Shown: one piece after another, positions 7,737 through 15,834 of the stretch
Position numbering within the stretch: the first letter of the stretch is position 1
How the letters are laid out: the number at the start of each line of letters is the position of its first letter
From: a virus
Taxonomy: Duplodnaviria; Caudoviricetes
IMG/VR virus record: IMGVR_UViG_3300020045_002291
Location: 1 to 41,304 of that record
Reading direction: 5' to 3' (one strand)
Length of the DNA: 41,304 bases
Position numbers and translations under genes: made by a program
The notes under the pieces: model-generated
What the model saw: only the letters and a program-made list of their open reading frames with translations
What the model was told of the DNA's origin: nothing
Databases searched by the model: none

Positions 7737-8237
7737 ATGCAAAACCCTGAGAACAAATTTCCCTACGATGCATCTGGCAAGCTGCTGGACTATCTTGCCG
7801 AACTGACCGGCGCGCAAGATGGCCGCGACCTGTCGGCAAAGATCGGCGTTGCATTCACTACGATCAGCCGCATTCGTAATGGCTGGTTCGGCGTGTCGGC
7901 TGCGGTTCGCCTCAAAATCTTTGAGACTACAGGCACGCCGTTTGAAACGCAAAGCCAGCTCATCGGTGATGCGCAGCCATTGCCGCGAACGCATGCCCGC
8001 GCAAAGGACCGACCTAACGACAAGTCTGGCAAGCTGTTCGACTATCTGCGCGACAAGCTGCGCGCAAAGAATGACGCAGACATGGCGCGCAAGGCTGGTG
8101 TTTCACTGCCTTACGTGAGCCTGATTCGCCGTGGTAAGCGCGAACCCGGCGACCTGTTCTTGATGCACATTCACAACGCCACCGGCATCAGCATCAAGAA
8201 AATGCGCGAGTTGATTGCTGGGGGCAAGCATGACTGA
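7737..8237 (+). CDS. Tandem XRE-like HTH DNA-binding protein
   Basis: Two internal repeats (SGKL.DYL...D..L/M....GV....S.IR.G); ATG 7737 with AAGGAAGG RBS. Confidence 0.8.
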   Translation: MQNPENKFPYDASGKLLDYLAELTGAQDGRDLSAKIGVAFTTISRIRNGWFGVSAAVRLKIFETTGTPFETQSQLIGDAQPLPRTHARAKDRPNDKSGKLFDYLRDKLRAKNDADMARKAGVSLPYVSLIRRGKREPGDLFLMHIHNATGISIKKMRELIAGGKHD

Positions 8238-8307
8238 CCTCGAACCAGGCCAAGTAATGACCATCGAAGCATACAAGCGCATCAAGGCGCAGCAGGAGCA
8301 AAAATGA
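8230..8307 (+). CDS. 25-aa hypothetical peptide
   Basis: MTDLEPGQVMTIEAYKRIKAQQEQK; overlaps both neighbours and fills the gap between them. Confidence 0.5.
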   Translation: MTDLEPGQVMTIEAYKRIKAQQEQK

Positions 8308-8525
8308 GCGAAGAACGTAAAGGCCCAATTTGGGATGCAATCACTAAAGTTTGCGGCGAACTTCCCGAGGGTTACGAAATCCGCCTGCACATGGAAAATG
8401 GCGCTGGCTGCGTGGAATGGACAGCACCGAATGGTGATGTTGAACTTATTGACGGCTGCGGGTACATCAGCGACGACATCATGGATGCGTTTGACGCGGC
8501 TGTAAAGCATTCGGAGGAGGCATGA
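8304..8525 (+). CDS. Hypothetical protein
   Basis: 73 aa, AGGAG RBS, ATGA coupling. Confidence 0.7.
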   Translation: MSEERKGPIWDAITKVCGELPEGYEIRLHMENGAGCVEWTAPNGDVELIDGCGYISDDIMDAFDAAVKHSEEA

Positions 8526-9049
8526 GCGAGCATACCAAGGGGCGATTAGTCGTCAAAGATTTTGAGTGTAGAGCATTTTTGCTCACGGAAGCAGATGACG
8601 ATATTGCTTTCGATATTCTCAAGCCAAACGCCCGACGCCTCGCTGCGTGCTGGAACGCGCTGGAAAAAATCGACCAAAAAACGCTTGATATGGGCTGGAC
8701 TGGCATCGGCTGCATGGAAGCGGCACACAAGCACGAAGAGCGCGCAGCTACCTTTGCCAAAGACATCGAAATCCTTGCCAAAAAGCTTGTCGATATGAAT
8801 TTTACTCGTGTGGAAATGGAAAAGCAGCATACCAATTTGCTTCTGGCTTTCCACTCTGCATCGTCCGAAATCACCGCTGCCCGTGCGCTGCTGCGCGAGC
8901 AGTTGAAGCATGACGATGAAGCAGTAGCTGACATGAAGGCGCTTGGCTTGGATCACAGGCTGCCGGCTGATGCGCTGGACCTTTCGGCCCGTATCCGGTC
9001 CTACCTCGACGCCTGCGACACCCTGGAAGGAGCACCCAATGCTGGTTGA
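8522..9049 (+). CDS. Conserved phage early protein (HT.G...NARRLAACWNA family)
   Basis: Motif recognition; GGAGG RBS. Confidence 0.75.
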   Translation: MSEHTKGRLVVKDFECRAFLLTEADDDIAFDILKPNARRLAACWNALEKIDQKTLDMGWTGIGCMEAAHKHEERAATFAKDIEILAKKLVDMNFTRVEMEKQHTNLLLAFHSASSEITAARALLREQLKHDDEAVADMKALGLDHRLPADALDLSARIRSYLDACDTLEGAPNAG

Positions 9050-9224
9050 ATGGAACAAAGAAGCGGCTTACCGCGACAGCACAAAGCGAATGGCGAACTC
9101 GCCAAGCTCGACCTTTCTTTGCTCAATCTGCAAGAAGGGTAAATCAATCACCGGCAGGCGCAAGGTGGCTCAGGATGGCCGGAGGATTTCGTATGCGTGT
9201 AAGTCTTGCCAGGAGGGCAAATGA
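9039..9224 (+). CDS. Small Zn-finger protein
   Basis: CSIC...CKSC; ATG 9039 with AAGGAG RBS. Confidence 0.65.
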   Translation: MLVEWNKEAAYRDSTKRMANSPSSTFLCSICKKGKSITGRRKVAQDGRRISYACKSCQEGK

Positions 9225-10213
9225 ATGGCGTGGACAATCAGCAACGCAATGATGAAGGCTTACGAGAACTCGCTTTGTTCGCAGGAGCTGGCGGCGGAAT
9301 CCTCGGAGGCCACTTGCTCGGATGGCGAACAGTCTGCGCAGTCGAGTACAACGCCTACGCCAGATCAGTACTACTGGCCCGACAAAACGACGGAACACTC
9401 GCGCCTTTCCCGGTTTGGGATGACGTGTGTACCTTTGACGGAAAGCCATGGCGAGGCCTTGTTGACGTGGTTTCGGGCGGGTTCCCCTGCCAGGACATTA
9501 GCGCAGCCGGCAAAGGAGCGGGACTTGACGGAGCGCGAAGCGGACTCTGGTGCGAAATGGCAAGGATCATTCGCGAAGTTCGACCTCGATACGTCTTTGT
9601 GGAAAACAGCCCAATGCTCACTTCTCGGGGACTCGGAGTCGTACTTGGAGACTTGGCCGCGATGGGGTTCGATGCGGAATGGGGCGTCATTTCTGCGGCC
9701 GATACCGACGCTCCACACCTTCGGGAAAGAATTTGGATTGTGGCCAACGCCCAATGCGTCTCAAATTTCCAACAACGTAGCAGTGACATGCTCGGGGGAT
9801 GGACGGGAGAAGCCGAACAAATTGGGCTGGGCAGTTGCGGAGAAAACGTGGGCGACTCCAACGGCGAGCATGGACAAGAAAGCCAGAGGGAATCCTTATA
9901 TGAATGCGATGAAAACAATGGAGCGGGGATTTTCCCTATCTCTTCCAGAACAAGTGGCAGTACGCAGTTGGCCGACGCCGTGCGCGAGCGCGAGCAAAGG
10001 ATCGTCCCCGGCAGCGCTGACACGCAAGACGGGGAAGAGTCGAGCAAACGACAGAATCGACCACGCGGTTATGGCTTCGGACGGTGGCCAACTGAACCCG
10101 GAATGGGTAGAGTGGCTAATGGGATGGCCTATCGGGCAGACCGACTTAAAGCCATTGGCAACGGCCAAGTTTCAAGAGTGGCAGCAACAGCATGGAGAAT
10201 TCTAAGCCAATGA
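9221..10213 (+). CDS. dcm: DNA (cytosine-5) methyltransferase, large/alpha polypeptide
   Basis: Motif I FAGAGG, IV GGFPCQDIS, VI FVENS, VIII H.RERIW, X RLKAIGNGQV. Confidence 0.93.
   Translation: MNGVDNQQRNDEGLRELALFAGAGGGILGGHLLGWRTVCAVEYNAYARSVLLARQNDGTLAPFPVWDDVCTFDGKPWRGLVDVVSGGFPCQDISAAGKGAGLDGARSGLWCEMARIIREVRPRYVFVENSPMLTSRGLGVVLGDLAAMGFDAEWGVISAADTDAPHLRERIWIVANAQCVSNFQQRSSDMLGGWTGEAEQIGLGSCGENVGDSNGEHGQESQRESLYECDENNGAGIFPISSRTSGSTQLADAVREREQRIVPGSADTQDGEESSKRQNRPRGYGFGRWPTEPGMGRVANGMAYRADRLKAIGNGQVSRVAATAWRILSQ
9225..10205 (+). CDS. Overlapping +1-frame methyltransferase beta polypeptide (TRD repeats plus motif IX)
   Basis: 326-aa open frame nested in dcm; WPTP/WATP/WPTP repeats and LNPEWVEWLMGWP. 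Confidence 0.75.
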   Translation: MAWTISNAMMKAYENSLCSQELAAESSEATCSDGEQSAQSSTTPTPDQYYWPDKTTEHSRLSRFGMTCVPLTESHGEALLTWFRAGSPARTLAQPAKERDLTEREADSGAKWQGSFAKFDLDTSLWKTAQCSLLGDSESYLETWPRWGSMRNGASFLRPIPTLHTFGKEFGLWPTPNASQISNNVAVTCSGDGREKPNKLGWAVAEKTWATPTASMDKKARGNPYMNAMKTMERGFSLSLPEQVAVRSWPTPCASASKGSSPAALTRKTGKSRANDRIDHAVMASDGGQLNPEWVEWLMGWPIGQTDLKPLATAKFQEWQQQHGEF

Positions 10214-10866
10214 CCCTCAAGCAAAAAGCACCGATGACCCGTAAGGCACCTATGCGGTCAATGGGGATTGAGAAAGTACCAAAGCCAGCGCCAGGGCCGC
10301 GCAAGCGCAAATGCAAGGTGTGCCGTACGTTGTTTACGCAGCGCAACATGATGCACGTCGCTTGTGGTCCTGAGTGTGCGGCAGTGCATGGCGTGGCTGT
10401 GGCAGCAAAGCAGAAGGCCAAAGCGCTGCGCCAAGAAAGAGCGCAAGATAAAGTAAAGCGCGAGGCCATGAAAAGCATTCCTCAGTTGAAAGAGGAAGTG
10501 CAAAAAGTGTTTAACCTCTACATTCGTTTGCGTGACGCTGGTAAGCCTTGCATCTGCTGCGGCAAGTTCGCTACGGCGGCAGCATTGGCGAAGCTTGGCG
10601 GGGCTTACGATGCGTGCCATTGGCGTTCTCGTGGAAGTGCCGACCATCTTCGGTATAACGAGGATAACGTGCATTTAGGATTGAAGGACTGTAATACATG
10701 GGGTCATCTGGACTATCGCGGCGGGTTAATTAAGCGAATCGGAATCGAGCGCGTAGAGGCGCTGGAATCCAACCAGGCGATTGTGAAGTGGACGCATGAT
10801 GGGCTACGGGAACTCAAAAAACTTTATCAGCGCCGCGTGCGCGACCTTAAAAGGAGTATGGCATGA
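10210..10866 (+). CDS. ninG: NinG/Rap Holliday junction endonuclease
   Basis: R.CKVC...C..EC, Q..FN.YIR.RD...PCICCG, D..H.RSRG....LRY.E.N.H....CN. Confidence 0.9.
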   Translation: MTLKQKAPMTRKAPMRSMGIEKVPKPAPGPRKRKCKVCRTLFTQRNMMHVACGPECAAVHGVAVAAKQKAKALRQERAQDKVKREAMKSIPQLKEEVQKVFNLYIRLRDAGKPCICCGKFATAAALAKLGGAYDACHWRSRGSADHLRYNEDNVHLGLKDCNTWGHLDYRGGLIKRIGIERVEALESNQAIVKWTHDGLRELKKLYQRRVRDLKRSMA

Positions 10867-11069
10867 AAATTATTCACCAAGGAACCGACCCAGCAACCAA
10901 ACCTCAATATGGCACATGCACGTATTGCCGAACTCAAATTGAGTTTATGCCTTACGAAGCTAAATTTCATAGCGATCAGCGTGACGGTGATGTCTATGAA
11001 ATTCCTTGTCCTACATGTCATAAACCAATATGGTCTCCGGTTAAGCGTGGCTACCAAGGGCCGGGCTAA
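10863..11069 (+). CDS. Zn-ribbon hypothetical protein
   Basis: CTYC...CPTC; AGGAG RBS. Confidence 0.7.
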   Translation: MKIIHQGTDPATKPQYGTCTYCRTQIEFMPYEAKFHSDQRDGDVYEIPCPTCHKPIWSPVKRGYQGPG

Positions 11070-11077
11070 TTGATGCC

Positions 11078-11314
11078 ATGAACATGACCTTCCTTGGAGA
11101 CCTAATAGGCCGCGACGAGCCTATCAACCCTGCTGATATGCGCTTTACTGTGAAGGTAGCAAAGTCATGCCGGTCTTGCTTATTTGACGGTCAGCGCGCC
11201 TCTGTGTGCCATCAGGCGGCAGCGGTTGCAATGCGCGCAGATTTGCCGGACTGCGACTCTGGTTTCATCTACGTTCCCATCCCCATAGACGAGCGCCAGC
11301 TCACCATAGACTAA
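11078..11314 (+). CDS. Cys-rich hypothetical protein
   Basis: CRSCLF...C...DC; ends just before a terminator. Confidence 0.65.
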   Translation: MNMTFLGDLIGRDEPINPADMRFTVKVAKSCRSCLFDGQRASVCHQAAAVAMRADLPDCDSGFIYVPIPIDERQLTID

Positions 11315-11317
11315 CCG

Positions 11318-11343
11318 AAGCCCGCCATTGAGCGGGCTTTTTT
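11318..11343 (+). terminator. Intrinsic terminator
   Basis: AAGCCCGC-loop-GCGGGCTT followed by a T run. Confidence 0.85.
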
Positions 11344-11373
11344 ACAGCTGTGCAATTTGTTTCCATAATTAGA

Positions 11374-11402
11374 TTGCGTTTCGTAAATCGTGGTGCTATA
11401 GT
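11374..11402 (+). promoter_or_regulatory. Sigma70-like promoter
   Basis: TTGCGT-N17-TATAGT followed by TCTTACATCA, as at the 21.68-kb promoter. Confidence 0.8.
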
Positions 11403-11438
11403 TCTTACATCAGCAGCGCAAACCACAAGGAGAAATAA

Positions 11439-12248
11439 ATGGAAAAGTTCGTATCCCTCAAAGTAGCCGCAGAAAAGAAAATCCACGGCGAAGAAATCGG
11501 CAAGGAAACCGCCTTCAAAGTCGCGCCGCACTTGGTGGAAGTGGAGCCAGGATTCAACCGCCCTATCTCGCGTGAGAAAGTCGATTCGTTCAAGACCTCC
11601 ATGCAAAACGGCGCGATCATCCCACCAATCTTCGTCCGCGTTGACGTGGGCCGTATCATCATGGTTGATGGCGAGCACCGCCTGATCGCGGCAAAAGAGT
11701 TGGTTGCCGAAGGCGTGCAAATCGAGCACCTGTCGGCCATTCAATTCCGGGGTGATGATGCGGACGCCATTGCACACCTGATCACCAGCGCTGCCGGCCA
11801 CGGCATTGACCCGCTGGAGCAAGGCCGCCAATACCAAAAGCTGCTGAGGCTGAACTGGTCCGAGCAAAAGATCGCTGATCGCGTTGGCTATAAGGTCGCA
11901 CATATCCGCATGTGCCTTTCGCTGGCCGAGTCCAACACCGATGTAAAAGCGCACATCGAAGCAGGCGACATTTCCGGCACTCAGGCAGCGCGCCTGCTTA
12001 AAAAGCACGGTAGCAAGACTGGCGCGGTAATTGCGGAGTTGAAGGAAGGCCAAGGCGGCAAGAAGGTAACGGCCAAAGCCATCGAAAAAAAATCTGGCGT
12101 GAGCAAGCGCGACATGCACGTTGCCAAGCTTATCCGCGACAACGTGCTTATCCTGCTCGCTATGCCGCACCCAATGCCCATCAAAGACCTGCGTGCCTGC
12201 ATCAAAAGCATGCCACTGGCGCAAATCATTGAAAAAGGCTCGATTTGA
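11439..12248 (+). CDS. ParB/Srx-like domain protein with HTH
   Basis: GFN.R, IPPI.V, VDGEHRL.A, PLEQG..Y..L....WS...IA.R.G. Confidence 0.8.
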   Translation: MEKFVSLKVAAEKKIHGEEIGKETAFKVAPHLVEVEPGFNRPISREKVDSFKTSMQNGAIIPPIFVRVDVGRIIMVDGEHRLIAAKELVAEGVQIEHLSAIQFRGDDADAIAHLITSAAGHGIDPLEQGRQYQKLLRLNWSEQKIADRVGYKVAHIRMCLSLAESNTDVKAHIEAGDISGTQAARLLKKHGSKTGAVIAELKEGQGGKKVTAKAIEKKSGVSKRDMHVAKLIRDNVLILLAMPHPMPIKDLRACIKSMPLAQIIEKGSI

Positions 12249-12291
12249 GCTAGTATTCCATCAGGCAATTTAACTTTCTGAGGGGTTCGAC

Positions 12292-12489
12292 ATGAGCACA
12301 GTTACAGTTAGCCAAATGGTCCGCGCTTTGAGTAACGAGCGCACCGGCATGGCCTCGTGGGAGCGCGAGGCGGTCCATGTAGCACACACGAAGTCCTGCC
12401 ACGGCCTCAAGCCGTACCACCTGACGCTGCGCCAAGTCGAACTCATCGTTACCATTTTCAATAGGATCTATCATGTTCAAGCTTGCTAA
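12292..12489 (+). CDS. Hypothetical protein
   Basis: 65 aa, GAGGGG RBS. Confidence 0.55.
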   Translation: MSTVTVSQMVRALSNERTGMASWEREAVHVAHTKSCHGLKPYHLTLRQVELIVTIFNRIYHVQAC

Positions 12490-12583
12490 ACGTATCAACT
12501 GGCCTTTCGTCAATGCGATTGGCATCTGCATCCTGATTTGGGCCGCTGTCATCTGGCGCGTTGCAGGCGCTTTTGGGGCGTAA
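12473..12583 (+). CDS. 36-aa single-TM peptide
   Basis: MFKLAKRINWPFVNAIGICILIWAAVIWRVAGAFGA; AGGA RBS; stop abuts the next start. Confidence 0.55.
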   Translation: MFKLAKRINWPFVNAIGICILIWAAVIWRVAGAFGA

Positions 12584-12584
12584 G

Positions 12585-12989
12585 GTGGATAGCGTAGAAG
12601 CCATCCTGCGCTCTTTACCGGCCACCAGGCGAGAGATTCGGGAAAAGACAGGCATGACTAAGGGCGCGGTGCAAAACATCGTTGAGAAGCTGCATAAAGC
12701 GAACTGGCTGCATGTTGGCGGTCACGTCCGCGAGTGGCATAACGGCGTGGGCAAATTCACGCAGAGCCTTGAGGCTGGTCCCGGCATTGACCAGAAATGC
12801 GAACTCGTGCCGCTCACTCAGAAAGAGCGCGACGACCGACGATATCAATCTCGCTACTTGAAGCGCATTGAAAAGCGCGAAAAACGCAAGCAGCGCCTCG
12901 CAGCATGGGCCTTGCCTCTTACCGTTGTGGTTTCTAAGCCACGTCCTGCTAAGAGTTTCCCTGAGTCAGTGGAGCGTGAGCAAGTTTAA
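12585..12989 (+). CDS. Winged-HTH hypothetical protein
   Basis: LPAT..EI...TGM...AV...V..L; GTG start inferred. Confidence 0.65.
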   Translation: MDSVEAILRSLPATRREIREKTGMTKGAVQNIVEKLHKANWLHVGGHVREWHNGVGKFTQSLEAGPGIDQKCELVPLTQKERDDRRYQSRYLKRIEKREKRKQRLAAWALPLTVVVSKPRPAKSFPESVEREQV

Positions 12990-13018
12990 TTGCGGCAAAA
13001 TAGGAATAGTCCTACAAT
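12990..13018 (+). promoter_or_regulatory. Promoter of replication operon
   Basis: TTGCGG-N17-TACAAT. Confidence 0.7.
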
Positions 13019-13022
13019 AGAG

Positions 13023-13132
13023 GTTGCCTTGGCCGGCAACAACAACACGGAAGCTTCACATGCTGTCTGGCGGGTTCGTGACCCGTTCGGCCAACCCGAG
13101 AAATTGGGAGACAGCAGGTGAAGCTTTTTTTT
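13023..13132 (+). ncRNA. c4/CI-like structured leader/attenuator of replication operon
   Basis: 5' hairpin with TTGGCC loop; long stem AAGCTTCAC.TGCTGTCT / AGACAGCA.GTGAAGCTT followed by a T run, enclosing two hairpins and CGGCCAA. Confidence 0.6.
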
Positions 13133-13144
13133 ATGGGCGATCAA

Positions 13145-13264
13145 ATGAGTAACTATCAGCAGTATGAGCAAATGAAGCGTGAGTGGATTTTGGCCCATCC
13201 AAGCGCAACTTCTCACGAATACCAAGTAGCGATGCGCCGCATTGCAGAAAAATGTGGAGTCTAG
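13145..13264 (+). CDS. 39-aa peptide upstream of replication initiator
   Basis: MSNYQQYEQMKREWILAHPSATSHEYQVAMRRIAEKCGV; fills the gap between leader and initiator. Confidence 0.65.
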   Translation: MSNYQQYEQMKREWILAHPSATSHEYQVAMRRIAEKCGV

Positions 13265-13267
13265 AAC

Positions 13268-14083
13268 ATGGCACGCATCCGCACCATTAAGCCCGAGTTC
13301 TTTACCAGCGCCGACATTCTTGAGTTGACGCCACTTGCACGCCTCTTTTACATCGCTTTGTGGTGTGAGTCCGACAGAGAAGGATTGCTGAATTGGAGTC
13401 CAAAGACGCTCAAGTTTCGCTACCTTCCTGGTGACGATGTTGACGTTGAGGACATAGCTTCTGAATTGGTAAAGGCTGGCCTTGTTGTGATCTTTACTTG
13501 CGAAGATGGCAAAGAGTTGGCAAGCATCCCAAGCTTCAAAACTCACCAAGTTATCAACAATAGGGAAGCAGACAGCGTTTTAGAACGACGCGTGAAAGAG
13601 GCGTTACCACGCGTGAAAGCGGAAGGAAGGGAAGGAAGGAAGGGAAGGGAAGGGAAAGGAAAGGAAGAAGAGGCTTACGCCTCTGCCACCTCGGACGAAA
13701 AGCCGTCCGAAGATGGCCTGTTTGGCGACCAACCAGAAACTCAACTCAAATGCCCTGTTGGTCACATTGTCGATTCGTACCATGCTGCAATGCCCATGAA
13801 TCCACAGGTGAAGGTTTTGAACGACGCAAGGAAGAAGACGATTGCCGCAAGATGGCGCGAGGCGTCTAAGATGACCGTTGAACCATTTGGCTACAACACG
13901 GTGGCGGAAGGTTTGGCAGCATGGAAGCAGTTTTTTGAGGTTTGCAACGAGTCTCCATTTCTTACGGGGAAAGCAAAGGCACTCCCCGGTAAGCCACCAT
14001 TCATTGCAGACATTGATTTCCTGATGTCGCCCTCTGGCTTTGCTTCAACGTTGGAAAATAAATATCACAGGGAGGCAGCATGA
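13268..14083 (+). CDS. Phage replication initiator protein
   Basis: MARIRTIKPEFF.S, RL.YI.LW...D.EG N-terminus, EGKG linker, C-terminal AD.DFL.....F...LE.KY; precedes DnaB. Confidence 0.85.
   Translation: MARIRTIKPEFFTSADILELTPLARLFYIALWCESDREGLLNWSPKTLKFRYLPGDDVDVEDIASELVKAGLVVIFTCEDGKELASIPSFKTHQVINNREADSVLERRVKEALPRVKAEGREGRKGREGKGKEEEAYASATSDEKPSEDGLFGDQPETQLKCPVGHIVDSYHAAMPMNPQVKVLNDARKKTIAARWREASKMTVEPFGYNTVAEGLAAWKQFFEVCNESPFLTGKAKALPGKPPFIADIDFLMSPSGFASTLENKYHREAA
13588..13673. repeat. Putative replication origin within the initiator gene
   Basis: ACGCGTGAAAG twice at a 21-bp period (13588, 13609), then an approximately 53-nt pure-purine GGAA(G) tract. Confidence 0.5.
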
Positions 14084-15447
14084 CAGAACATGAAGACCAC
14101 ACAGTATCAATTCGGGCCGAGCAAGCCGTATTGGGTGCGCTCATGGTGGACAACGACGCGATTGACCGCTGCCCCGATCTGGAAGCAAAGCACTTTTACC
14201 GCCATGACCACCAGTTGATTTTCGGGGAGATTCAGCGCCAGATTGCAAAGGGAATTCGCGTTGACCCTATCACGCTTATGGAAACCTTGAACGACAAGGT
14301 AGAGGAATGCTTGCAGTATTGCGCAAAGCTTCGCGTGTCGGCGGTGTCGGCGGTCAACATTGGGAAGCACGCCACGATTGTCCGCGAGAAGGCCGATAAA
14401 CGGGCGCTGGTGACGATTGCGCTTGAGGCTCAGGATCTTGCCGCCTCGCACACGGATTCGGCGTCCTGCGTTGATCTGGTGGCATCCAAGCTTGAGGCGC
14501 TGACCGAGCGCAAGACGCAGTACGAGCCGCGCTTGATCGGTGAAACGATGGTTGATTACCTGACCATGATTCAGGAGCGCATGGATGGTATTCACAAACC
14601 TATTTCCACTGGGCATGTCCACCTTGACGAATTGCTTGGTGGCGGCTTAGAGCGCGGAACGTTGACGGTTGTAGCTGGCCGGCCGGGTATGGGCAAGACA
14701 GCTTGGGGTTTGGGGATTGCGCGCAACGTGGCCGCAGACGGTGGCGTGTCGGCCATCCTCTCGATGGAAATGGCGGCAAAGCAGATCAACGACCGCAATA
14801 TGTCGGCAATCGGAAAAATCCCGCTTGCATGGCTAAAGGCTCCCAAGGATGGAAAGGATGATACGCGCTACTGGGACATGCTCTCGTTCGCCACACAGAA
14901 AGCGCATGGCATGAAGTTGTGGATTGACGAACAAGCGGGCATGAACATGATGGAACTGCGCGCCAAGGCCCGGAAAATAAAACGCAAGACCGGCCTTGAT
15001 CTTCTCGTGATTGACCAGCTTAGTTTCTTGACTGGTGGCGATGCAGACCAAGAGTGGCAGCGAATCGGCCAGTACACGCGGGGCATCATTGAGATTGCCA
15101 AGAACTTAGACATCGCGGTAATCCTGCTCGCGCAACTGAATCGGAAGTGCGAGGAACGTGCGGACAAGCGGCCAATCATGTCTGACCTTGCGCAATCAGG
15201 CTCAATTGAGCAAGACGCCGCAAACATCATCTTTCTCTATCGGGACTCGATCTACAACAAGGAGAACCGTTCCGAAGGAGAGGATGACATTGCAGAGATT
15301 GCAGCAGTAAAGCAGCGGCAGGGTTCGCCGGGTGTTATCGGCATGAAATACAACGGCGCTTACACCAGTTTTGAGGACTTGAGCTACCGTTGGCAAGCGA
15401 AGGCCCCCGAGCAAGCGCCGAGCAGGCAGCGGCGCGGATTTAGTTAA
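14080..15447 (+). CDS. dnaB: Replicative DNA helicase DnaB
   Basis: AEQAVLGAL, Walker A GRPGMGKT, SMEM, LAQLNR..E.R.DKRP.MSDL..SGSIEQDA, KQRQG. Confidence 0.95.
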   Translation: MTEHEDHTVSIRAEQAVLGALMVDNDAIDRCPDLEAKHFYRHDHQLIFGEIQRQIAKGIRVDPITLMETLNDKVEECLQYCAKLRVSAVSAVNIGKHATIVREKADKRALVTIALEAQDLAASHTDSASCVDLVASKLEALTERKTQYEPRLIGETMVDYLTMIQERMDGIHKPISTGHVHLDELLGGGLERGTLTVVAGRPGMGKTAWGLGIARNVAADGGVSAILSMEMAAKQINDRNMSAIGKIPLAWLKAPKDGKDDTRYWDMLSFATQKAHGMKLWIDEQAGMNMMELRAKARKIKRKTGLDLLVIDQLSFLTGGDADQEWQRIGQYTRGIIEIAKNLDIAVILLAQLNRKCEERADKRPIMSDLAQSGSIEQDAANIIFLYRDSIYNKENRSEGEDDIAEIAAVKQRQGSPGVIGMKYNGAYTSFEDLSYRWQAKAPEQAPSRQRRGFS

Positions 15448-15492
15448 AAGCAGCAAAGAATCAAAACGCAAAAATTTAAGGAGAAACAAAAA

Positions 15493-15834
15493 ATGAAAAC
15501 CGAAACATCTTACGAAGACAAAATCATGGCCTGGATGCGCAGCAAGGGTGGTGATGTGGTTCTTGTCAGTGCGCTTGCTAAACGGTTCGCTGTTGGTGAG
15601 TCGTCCATTCTGGCGTTGATGAATGAAATGGCGGCAAGCGGCAAGATTCGCCACGCGCCACACCGCAACAAGCGCTCGATTGGCTTTTATATTCCAACCG
15701 AAGCGCAGATCAACGCCGAGCGCCGGATGGCTCAAGAGGTCAAATTGGCAGCACCGCTCAAGGTGGACAACCATCGCCGCGAACTGTACGCACGCCTCAA
15801 GGCCGAGCGCAACTCGATTCGGAGCATTGGCTAA
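15493..15834 (+). CDS. Putative winged-helix protein
   Basis: LAKRFAV.ESSI..LM.EM...GKI; AAGGAG RBS. Confidence 0.65.
   Translation: MKTETSYEDKIMAWMRSKGGDVVLVSALAKRFAVGESSILALMNEMAASGKIRHAPHRNKRSIGFYIPTEAQINAERRMAQEVKLAAPLKVDNHRRELYARLKAERNSIRSIG

Noticed and set aside
9355-10047. 230-aa minus-strand ORF as a third coding layer in dcm
   Set aside because: Ser/Pro-rich with no motifs; explained by stop-codon depletion from dual coding on the plus strand.
11301-12224. 307-aa antisense ORF over the ParB-like gene
   Set aside because: Shadow frame that crosses a promoter and terminator; no recognisable domain.
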